Source of the DNA: a virus
Strand: one strand, 5' to 3'
Length of the DNA: 64,000 nt
IMG/VR virus record: IMGVR_UViG_3300038393_003172
Span: 9,209-73,208 of that record
A program made the translations under genes and the position numbers. The notes below the pieces were generated by a model, which was not told where the DNA came from, did not search any database, and saw only the letters and a list, made by a program, of their open reading frames with translations. How positions within the stretch are numbered: the stretch's first letter is position 1; each line of letters begins with the position of its first letter. This document shows positions 50,198-57,120 of this stretch, piece by piece.

Positions 50198-50524
50198 TCA
50201 GAACGGGATGTCCTCGAAAGCTGGCAGCGGCAGTGCATCGGCCGCCTCCTGTGCGGCGCGCAGGGAGTCGGCGTCGTCCCACCAGCGGATCGGCGGCATC
50301 ACCTCCACCGTGTCCACGCCAGCGCGGCGCGAGGCCCACGCGATGGACGTGGCGCTGCACTCGTCCGTTGCGCAGGTGAGCACCACCAGGTCGTCGGTCT
50401 GCGCCAGCGCGCGCCGCGCCATGCAGACGGCCAGCGCGGCGGTTTCGTAGCAGTAGCCGTGGATCGGCTGGCTGATGAACGCGCCGTTGTCGTCAACCGG
50501 GTGGAAGGCGTGGATGGTGAACAT
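50198..50524 (-). CDS. Array gene ending in EDIPF
   Basis: Preceded by the motif; SSB-like C-terminal tetrapeptide. Confidence 0.7.
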   Translation of the reverse strand: MFTIHAFHPVDDNGAFISQPIHGYCYETAALAVCMARRALAQTDDLVVLTCATDECSATSIAWASRRAGVDTVEVMPPIRWWDDADSLRAAQEAADALPLPAFEDIPF

Positions 50525-50561
50525 GGCAGGTGCTCCGGGTAGGCGGGGAAGCGGGGTACGG

Positions 50562-50930
50562 TCAGTCGCGGGATTCGAGGAAACGGGCCACGTCGCGGCG
50601 CGTGCGCAGCTTCACGGGTCGGTATTCGGTGCGCTGGGGCAGGCCACCGCCGGTGACCAGCACCGGGTCCAGCGCCTGCACCGCACCGCAGGGCAGCAGC
50701 TCGCAGTCGTATCCGTTGCTGTGCAGCCACTGCAGCATTTCGTCCTGCTCGGCCGTGGCGCCTGCGGGCAGCACGAGGTCCAGCGCGAGGACGGTGCAGC
50801 GGTGGTAGGTGTCGCTCACCTGCTGCACAGCGTGTTCCGGGTCGGCTGCCTGCACGCGCGCGGTGCCGCAGGTGCCAGTGGGGTTGTCCCAGTCCTCGGG
50901 GAAGCAGTAGAGGGCGTCGTAGGCGGGCAT
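50562..50930 (-). CDS. Array gene, hypothetical
   Basis: Preceded by the motif. Confidence 0.7.
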   Translation of the reverse strand: MPAYDALYCFPEDWDNPTGTCGTARVQAADPEHAVQQVSDTYHRCTVLALDLVLPAGATAEQDEMLQWLHSNGYDCELLPCGAVQALDPVLVTGGGLPQRTEYRPVKLRTRRDVARFLESRD

Positions 50931-50961
50931 GGTGGTGCTCCGGGTAGGCGGGCAGGGAGGG

Positions 50962-51195
50962 TCAGTGCAGGTAGGGGGCAGCCGCAGCGTGGGCCTCGGT
51001 CAGCCGGTAGGCGGCAGCCAGCAGCGCGTCGTCGCTGCGCAGCAGCAGCGCGCACTCGCGGGCATGTTGTGAGGCCTCGCGGTGCGCCGGGCCACGCACG
51101 CAGTCGGGCACGTCAGCCAGCGCAGCGCGCACGCGCGCCAGCTCGGTGGTCAGGTGCTGGCGCAGGCCAGCAGCGGAGGCAGGGTTCAGCGTCAT
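50962..51195 (-). CDS. Array gene, hypothetical
   Basis: Preceded by the motif. Confidence 0.65.
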   Translation of the reverse strand: MTLNPASAAGLRQHLTTELARVRAALADVPDCVRGPAHREASQHARECALLLRSDDALLAAAYRLTEAHAAAAPYLH

Positions 51196-51228
51196 GGTGG
51201 TGCTCCTGTGGGTAGGCGGGCAGGGGTG

Positions 51229-51543
51229 TCAGGTGCGGTGTGCGCGTGGGCGGATGGCGTCGGCCACGCGCCGCGCGCGCAGCCACGGGTCCGTGTGGTA
51301 GGCGCGGCAGTAGCCCCGCTCCAGCGCATAGGCCCATGCAGCCTCGTGCGTTTCGAACTGCAGGCCGTCCGCGTCCAGCCGCTTGAAGCGCCCCTTGCCG
51401 CCCCACTGGTTCGTGAGGTCCGGGTACAGGCGCGCGACCTTCAGCGTGTGGACCGTGCCGCCCCCGTGATGCACGGAAACGCACACGGGGGGTTGGCTGG
51501 CGGTCACGGGCTCCTGGGTGCAGGTGAGGCGGCGGTTGGTCAT
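51229..51543 (-). CDS. Array gene, hypothetical
   Basis: Preceded by the motif; DG.QFET.EAA..YAL.RGY. Confidence 0.7.
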   Translation of the reverse strand: MTNRRLTCTQEPVTASQPPVCVSVHHGGGTVHTLKVARLYPDLTNQWGGKGRFKRLDADGLQFETHEAAWAYALERGYCRAYHTDPWLRARRVADAIRPRAHRT

Positions 51544-51571
51544 GGCTGGCTCCGGTGTGCGGGTAGGCGGG

Positions 51572-51898
51572 TCACAGCAGGCCGAGGCGCCGCGCGTGTG
51601 CGTGCAGCTTCTGGCGGGTGTTGGTCAGGTCAGCCGCTACGTGCCGGGCCTTGCCCTCCTGCACCAGCAGTTCGATCACCTCCAGCCGCAGGTCCGTGTC
51701 CGGGTCAACGACCGGGGGGGCGGCGTTCTGCACCCGGCGCAGGCGGTCGGCTTCCTCCTGTGCCTGCTGCGCCTGCCGCTGCGCGCGCTGCTCCGGGGTT
51801 TCCGGCGGCAGGGGGGGCATGGACAGCAGCTTCTGCACAACCCGCAGCAGGCGGGCATCGACGCTGGACAGCGGCAGCAGGGGCGGGGTGGCGGGCAT
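51572..51898 (-). CDS. Array gene, hypothetical
   Basis: Preceded by a variant motif. Confidence 0.65.
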   Translation of the reverse strand: MPATPPLLPLSSVDARLLRVVQKLLSMPPLPPETPEQRAQRQAQQAQEEADRLRRVQNAAPPVVDPDTDLRLEVIELLVQEGKARHVAADLTNTRQKLHAHARRLGLL

Positions 51899-51937
51899 GG
51901 CGGGGCTCCGGGGGGTGTGCGTACAGGGGGGCGGGTT

Positions 51938-52270
51938 TCAGAAGCGCACGTACTGCGCGCCGCTGTCGGTGGGGTCGGTGTCGGCGGTGGGCAGCAGCAC
52001 CACCGCGCACAGGTCGCCTTCCTCGGCCATGGCGTCCGGGTACACATGCAGCGCCTTTCCGCCCGGGAGGGTGATGTGCAGGTACGGGCAGGTCACATCG
52101 CCCTCCCGCTGCACCTGCACACCCGTGATGGGTTCGAAGGGCTCGGCATAGGCCATGTCCGCGCGCTGCTGCTGCCTGTACGCCTCCTCCTTCCAGCGGG
52201 CGGCTTCTTCGCGCGCCGCCTGCAGTTCGGCCAGCAGTTCATTCCGTTCGTGGTCAGGCATCAGTTCCAT
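51938..52270 (-). CDS. Array gene, LPNGK-domain paralog 2
   Basis: EPITGVQV...PYLHITLPGGKALHVYP; preceded by two motif copies. Confidence 0.7.
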   Translation of the reverse strand: MELMPDHERNELLAELQAAREEAARWKEEAYRQQQRADMAYAEPFEPITGVQVQREGDVTCPYLHITLPGGKALHVYPDAMAEEGDLCAVVLLPTADTDPTDSGAQYVRF

Positions 52271-52324
52271 GGCGGGCTCCGGTGTGCGGGTAGGCGGTGC
52301 GGGGGGGTAGGCGGGGGCAGCGGC

Positions 52325-52699
52325 TCACCACGCCTGCGAATGCGCAGCGGGGGTGCCGGATTCCATGGCGTCCACGCTGGCGTGCAGTTCGACCGCGCTG
52401 CTGGATTCGTCGTCCGCACTGCGCGGGTACACGCACAGCGCCTTCCCGTTGGGGAGGTAGATCACGAGGAAATCGCCGGCCCCCATATCGCTGCAGGTGT
52501 CCACCTGCACCCCCGGGATCGGTTCGCTGCGCTGCGGGTGCGCCTGCACCGGCTGCGGCTGGCGCAGTTCAGCGGGCACCGGCACACCTGCGCGGCTGGC
52601 TGCGGTCAGCACCGCCTGCTGTGCAGCGGCCAGATCGCGCAGCGCCTGCGCATAGGTTTCGACGGCCTGCAGGTGGGCACGGATGGCGGGGGTATTCAT
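52325..52699 (-). CDS. Array gene, LPNGK-domain paralog 1
   Basis: EPIPGVQV...FLVIYLPNGKALCVYP. Confidence 0.7.
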   Translation of the reverse strand: MNTPAIRAHLQAVETYAQALRDLAAAQQAVLTAASRAGVPVPAELRQPQPVQAHPQRSEPIPGVQVDTCSDMGAGDFLVIYLPNGKALCVYPRSADDESSSAVELHASVDAMESGTPAAHSQAW

Positions 52700-52729
52700 G
52701 GCGGGGGTTCCTGTGTGTGCGTGTAGGGG

Positions 52730-53227
52730 TCAGGCTGCGGCGTGGCAGGAGCGCACCGCGTCGTCCGCGCGCACCAGCAGCGGCAGCACCGCGTCGGCGC
52801 CGCAGCGGTCCAGGGCCTGCACGAAGCGGCGCACCCGGGCCAGCACCGCACGGGTGGGCAGGTGCCCGGTGCGTGCCGCTGCAGCGCCCTCCCGCGCCAT
52901 GCGCGCCAGTTCGTGCGCACCGGGCACAGGCAGCCGGGGCAGTTCGGCAGCAGCGGCGTCCAGCACGTCCAGCAGCGCGGCGTCCGGCTGCCCGGCTGCG
53001 GGGGCGGCAGGGGCAGGACGGGCCACGCGCCAGCCGGTGTCCGAGTCCAGCACCACGACCCGGGCGCCATCCAGCCCGCTGCGCTGCGCTGCTGCCTGCT
53101 GGGCAGCCTCCAGCGTGTCGAACGGCGGGGTGTGCATGTCGAACGCGGTCACCTGCACTGCGCCGCTAGGCGGCTGCTTGCGGGTGCGGCGGGCGGGGGC
53201 GGTGGATTGGTAGGCGATGCGGAACAT
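52730..53227 (-). CDS. Array gene, hypothetical
   Basis: MFRIAYQ start after the motif and CAGGAG. Confidence 0.65.
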   Translation of the reverse strand: MFRIAYQSTAPARRTRKQPPSGAVQVTAFDMHTPPFDTLEAAQQAAAQRSGLDGARVVVLDSDTGWRVARPAPAAPAAGQPDAALLDVLDAAAAELPRLPVPGAHELARMAREGAAAARTGHLPTRAVLARVRRFVQALDRCGADAVLPLLVRADDAVRSCHAAA

Positions 53228-53264
53228 GGCGGTTCTCCTGTGCGGGTAGGCGGGCGGGGGGTGT

Positions 53265-53666
53265 TCAGCGTGCGTTCGGCACGAACAGGGCAGCGAAGGC
53301 GGCGTCTGCGGGCAGGCCCAGCGCGCGCACCGTCTGCACCGCATCCAGCGGCGCGGCGTTCACCCGGGCAGGCACTGCCGCGACGGCCTGCGTCTGCGCA
53401 GCCGGCACGCCCAGCACCAGCACCACGGCAGCCAGCAGCGCCAGTGCAGCGGTCAGCAGCGCCTGCAGGAGGCCCCGCTGGGCACGGGCAGCAGCGGCAG
53501 CGTCCGCAGCCATGGCGTCAGCGCGCGCATCCCGGGCCTCCTGGCGCGTGCGGTACACGTCCACGGGGGCACCGTCCCGCACCAGCGTCCAGCCGATTTG
53601 CTGGCGCGTGGCACGGCCGGTTTGGGGATTCAGGGCATAGGCGCGCTTCACTTGGTAGGTGTGCAT
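53265..53666 (-). CDS. First array gene, membrane-anchored hypothetical
   Basis: MHTYQVKR start after GGAG; hydrophobic helix near the C-terminus. Confidence 0.65.
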   Translation of the reverse strand: MHTYQVKRAYALNPQTGRATRQQIGWTLVRDGAPVDVYRTRQEARDARADAMAADAAAAARAQRGLLQALLTAALALLAAVVLVLGVPAAQTQAVAAVPARVNAAPLDAVQTVRALGLPADAAFAALFVPNAR

Positions 53667-53754
53667 ATATGGCTCCGGTTGGCGCACGCACAGCACCGCG
53701 CGCGCGTGGTGCGCTGCGTTTGTGGCGGTGTCTTGTGTGCGGTGCATGGGTGAA

Positions 53755-53818
53755 ACATTAGGCGTAGAACCCAATAGTTGTAGCCCCGCATTCCTGGGTA
53801 TATGTAGCGCCGCGCTGG
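53755..53818 (-). promoter_or_regulatory. Array promoter with operator B and an adjacent operator A
   Basis: -10 TAATGT; TTAGGCGTAGAACCCAA at 53758-53774; GTAGCGCCGCGCTGG at 53804-53818. Confidence 0.75.
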
Positions 53819-53860
53819 CATATTAAGTGCCGCCCTTATATATGCGCCCGGTGCTGCTGA

Positions 53861-54346
53861 TATATATATGCGGCACCGGCTGCCCCGCCTGCCTGCACCT
53901 GCAGCGCTGCCCGGGGCTGCCTGCTGTAGCGCACACCTGCACCGGCTGCCCGGGTGCTGGCCACCTGCTGCCCGTGCTACCGCACGCATGCCCTGCCCGT
54001 GCCTGCCCGGGTGCCTGTGCTGCCCTGCCTGCTGCTGCCGCAGGTGTGCCCGGCTGCCTGCACTGCGCAGCTCCTGCACCGGCTGCACTCCTGCCCGCCT
54101 GCTCCTGCACTGCGCACCGGCTGCCCGTGCTGGTGCTGCCTGCCTGCGTGTGCCCTGCTGCGGCTGCCTGCTGCCCCGGGTGTGCCGTGCCTGCCCGGGT
54201 GTGTGCCTGCCTGCTGCCCGCCTGCTGGGGCGCGCAGCGCCCCGGGGCAGGCTGCACGGGTGCCCGGTGCCGGGTGTGCCGGTGCCTGCGCCCCTGCCCC
54301 CGCCCCGCTGCGCACGCGCGCCGCAGCTGCGGCCCCACACGGGCCG
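53861..54346. repeat. Low-complexity TGC/CTGCC-rich non-coding tract
   Basis: Built from CCTGC, TGCCC and GTGCC words; no AA, TT or GA on the plus strand by eye. Confidence 0.85.
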
Positions 54347-54414
54347 TTCGCTCGACCAGGTGCCACACCCCCACAGCCAGGCCGAACGTGCAGACAGCGC
54401 CCGCGTCGCGCCCC

Positions 54415-54490
54415 AGGGGGGGAGGTAAATCGTTGGGGCTTCGAGGGGTCGAAACCGCGGTGGGCCTCAGGCGCAGATTTTTTTCGTCCA
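54415..54490 (+). other. Probable cos/packaging-initiation region
   Basis: GGGGGGGAGGTAAATC...ACCGCGGTGGGCCTCAGGCGCAGATTTTTTT resembles the G-run...ACCGC...T-run signature upstream of HK97-type terminase operons. Confidence 0.5.
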
Positions 54491-54561
54491 AAAAGGGGTT
54501 CCTCGGGCCGCCGCGTGCCTTTTTGCGCTGGCCGCTGCGAAACCACTTGACGGCACGCGCG

Positions 54562-54590
54562 TTGTGTGTCCGATAGCGCGGCGCTACAAT
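54562..54590 (+). promoter_or_regulatory. Rightward promoter overlapped by operator A
   Basis: TTGTGT-17bp-TACAAT; ATAGCGCGGCGCTAC at 54573-54587. Confidence 0.7.
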
Positions 54591-54704
54591 GCGCGCACGC
54601 CTGGTTCGGTGCTGCCTGCCAGGGGAATTTGCCCACCGCGCCAGCGGTCAACCCGGTTCCGATCCGGGAGCCCAGCGTGGGACAGGTATTTCCGAAAAAA
54701 ATCT

Positions 54705-54732
54705 AAGCCCGCCGCAAGCGGGTTTTCCTTTT
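54705..54732 (+). terminator. Intrinsic terminator ~110 nt after the promoter
   Basis: AAGCCCGC-CGCAA-GCGGGTTTT followed by CCTTTT. Confidence 0.7.
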
Positions 54733-54845
54733 CTGGAGAGGGTTCGCGAGCAGCGGCGGGGTTGGTTGTTGCGCGCGATTTGCCGGGTCACACCGGACCT
54801 CTCCACCCGCTCCACAAACCGACTTTATGGAGTCGGCTCCACAAC

Positions 54846-54927
54846 GCGGACGTAGCTCAGACGGTAGAGCAGGATCGGCCAGCCAAGGCCACGGTCCCGG
54901 TCGCTGGTTCGATTCCAGCCGTTCGCG
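54846..54927 (+). tRNA. tRNA-like RNA (Gly-GCC-like) with an abnormally extended anticodon arm
   Basis: Acceptor GCGGACG/CGTTCGC; D-arm GCTC-AGACGGTA-GAGC; T-arm GCTGG-TTCGATT-CCAGC; 16 nt between GGATC and GGTCC. Confidence 0.8.
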
Positions 54928-55055
54928 CCCCCAACACAGTCAGCGCCCGCGCGGCGCTACCCAGCGGCAGGTGGGATCAACAGCCGCAGGCCGTGGCGTG
55001 ACGAACGGTTGCCTGCGGCCTCATCCCCCGCCGGGCAAAGACGGGTGCGGCCATC

Positions 55056-55382
55056 ATGACCTTCAAGCTCAAGGCGCTGGCGCCGCGCGTCGGGACGTTG
55101 AATACGCAGCGTGTGCAGCGACTGACGACAGACACGCAGCGCATCACCGGCAGCACATGGCAGAAAACCCGCGACCGCATCCTGCGGCGCGACAAGGGCC
55201 TGTGCCAGTGCCCCAAGTGCCAGGCACCCGGCGCCATCCCGTTGATCGCGCACGAGGTTGACCACCGCATCCCCTTGTGGGAGCCCGGCGGCACCAACGA
55301 CGACTCCAACTTGTGGTCGCTCAACCGCGACTGCCACAAGAAGAAAACGGCCGACGAAGCCAAACGCCGCGCCGGCAAGTAG
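55056..55382 (+). CDS. Packaging-associated HNH endonuclease
   Basis: W...R.RIL.RD.GLCQ, EVDH.IP...GG.....NL.SL..DCH.KKT. Confidence 0.9.
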   Translation: MTFKLKALAPRVGTLNTQRVQRLTTDTQRITGSTWQKTRDRILRRDKGLCQCPKCQAPGAIPLIAHEVDHRIPLWEPGGTNDDSNLWSLNRDCHKKKTADEAKRRAGK

Positions 55383-55437
55383 CCGCAGCGCGAGCAGCCT
55401 TTAGACACTCCCGCCGGCTGCTCCCCGGCACAGTTCC

Positions 55438-57120
55438 ATGGACAACACACCTGCTGTCCGCGCCCTCCCGGTCGCGGACCTGATCCCCTACGCGCGCAAC
55501 AGCCGCACCCACGACGAAGGGCAAATTGCCCAGCTCGCTGCCAGCCTGGATGAGTTCGGGATGGTGGGCAGCATCGTTGTCCGTGACGGCGTAATCGCCA
55601 AAGGACACGGCACGCTGGACGCTATCCGCAAGTTGTATGCGGCTGGCAAGCTGCTGTACCCGGCGCCAGGCAAGGCCGGCGGTGCTGACCCGTACCCTGT
55701 GGGCACGGCCCCGGTGCTGGAGGTGTCGGGCTGGACCGATGCGCAGTTCCGCGCATACGTCATCGCCGACAACAAGTTGGCCTTGAATGCCGGGTGGGAC
55801 GAGGAAATGCTGCGCATCGAGTTCGATGCGCTGAAGGACGATGGCTTCGACCTGTCCCTTGTGGGTTTCGACGCCGACGAGCTCAAGGACATATTCACCG
55901 GCCCCGCTACCGGCGAAGGGGAGGGGGAAGGCAAGGGCGGTGAGCCCGACGAGGGCGAGAAGGTCGGCAGCCTGGCCGAGCGGTTCTTGATACCGCCCTT
56001 CACCGTGCTCAATGCGCGTGAGGGCTGGTGGCAGGACCGCAAGCGTGCCTGGCTGGCGCTGGGCATCAAGTCGGAACTCGGCCGCGGCGAGAACGCGCTG
56101 GGCATGAGCGAGCAGGCCAAGAACCCGGACACGTACCGGGAGCGCCGGGAGCAGACCGAAGACCTGCGCGGCGGCCTGACGCACCGGACCACGACCGACC
56201 CGTACCGCAACAAGAAAAAGGGCGAGATGGGCGGCGTGCTGATGAAGTCGTGGACTTCGCACCCGCTGTTCTACCCGCAGAAGCAGGCCAAGGAAAAGGA
56301 ACTAGGCCGCGAGTTGACAACGGCCGAGTTCATCGAGAAGTACTTCGTCCCGCCCACGGACGATGCCTACACCAGCGGCACCAGCATCTTCGACCCCGTG
56401 CTGTGCGAGTTGGCCTATGCCTGGTTCTCGCCCAAGGGCGGCACGGTGCTGGACCCGTTTGCCGGCGGCAGCGTGCGCGGCGTCGTGGCGTCCAAGCTGG
56501 GGCGCCAGTACATCGGGCACGAGCTGCGCGCCGAGCAGGTAGAGGCCAACCGCAAGCAGGGCGCGGAGATCTGTGCCGACGCCGAGCACCCGCCGGCGTG
56601 GATATGCGGCGACAGCCGCACCATCGACAAGACCTGCAAGGACGTGCATGCGGACCTGGTGTTCACCTGCCCGCCGTATGCGGACTTGGAGGTGTACTCG
56701 GACAACCCCGCAGACCTGTCCACGCTGGGCTATGAGGAATTCCGCGCCGCCTACTTCGAGATCATCAAGAAGGCATGCGCGCGGCTGAAGAAGGATCGCT
56801 TCGCCTGCTGCGTCGTCGGCGAGGTGCGCGACAAGAAGGGCAACTACTACGACTTCGTGGGCGACACCGTGCAGGCATTCCGCGACGCTGGCCTGCACTT
56901 CTACAACGAAGCCATCTTGGTGACGGCCATCGGCTCGCTGCCGATTCGCACCGGCAAGCAGTTCGCCACCAGCCGCAAGCTGGGTAAGACGCATCAGAAC
57001 ATCCTCGTGTTCGTGAAGGGCGATGGCAAGAAAGCCGCCGCGGCGTGCGGCGAGGTTGACGTATCGGCGGCCATCAGTGCCGTCGAGGCCGAGGGCGGCG
57101 AAGGCGCGGAGGCCCTATGA
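55438..57120 (+). CDS. ParB-N domain fused to an amino-DNA methyltransferase
   Basis: LIPYARNSRTH, GHG, IADNKL..NAGWD; TSIFDPVLCE, DPFAGGSVRG, TCPPY. Confidence 0.9.
   Translation: MDNTPAVRALPVADLIPYARNSRTHDEGQIAQLAASLDEFGMVGSIVVRDGVIAKGHGTLDAIRKLYAAGKLLYPAPGKAGGADPYPVGTAPVLEVSGWTDAQFRAYVIADNKLALNAGWDEEMLRIEFDALKDDGFDLSLVGFDADELKDIFTGPATGEGEGEGKGGEPDEGEKVGSLAERFLIPPFTVLNAREGWWQDRKRAWLALGIKSELGRGENALGMSEQAKNPDTYRERREQTEDLRGGLTHRTTTDPYRNKKKGEMGGVLMKSWTSHPLFYPQKQAKEKELGRELTTAEFIEKYFVPPTDDAYTSGTSIFDPVLCELAYAWFSPKGGTVLDPFAGGSVRGVVASKLGRQYIGHELRAEQVEANRKQGAEICADAEHPPAWICGDSRTIDKTCKDVHADLVFTCPPYADLEVYSDNPADLSTLGYEEFRAAYFEIIKKACARLKKDRFACCVVGEVRDKKGNYYDFVGDTVQAFRDAGLHFYNEAILVTAIGSLPIRTGKQFATSRKLGKTHQNILVFVKGDGKKAAAACGEVDVSAAISAVEAEGGEGAEAL

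Larger units (their letters stand above)
49349..53254 (-). repeat. Dispersed intergenic repeat CCCGCCTACCC (plus strand GGGTAGGCGGG)
   Basis: Exact copies at 49349, 50173, 50537, 50942, 51210, 51561, 52305 and 53244; near copies at 52288, 42799 and 48301. Confidence 0.92.

Noticed and set aside
49349-53254. CRISPR array interpretation of the recurring 11-mer
   Set aside because: The repeat is too short, spacing is hundreds of bp and filled by whole ORFs, and no cas genes are present
48019-53666. Integron cassette array
   Set aside because: No RYYYAAC/GTTRRRY boxes or attC-type palindromes in the gaps and no tyrosine integrase in the window
53648-54651. Long Cys/Pro/Ala-rich ORFs in several frames over the low-complexity tract
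   Set aside because: Open frames follow from the lack of stop-forming dinucleotides; no RBS and low-complexity translations
54877-54892. Functional tRNA-Trp(CCA) with a 9-nt intron
   Set aside because: Removing 9 nt would leave G32/G33 instead of the invariant U33, and there is no bulge-helix-bulge motif
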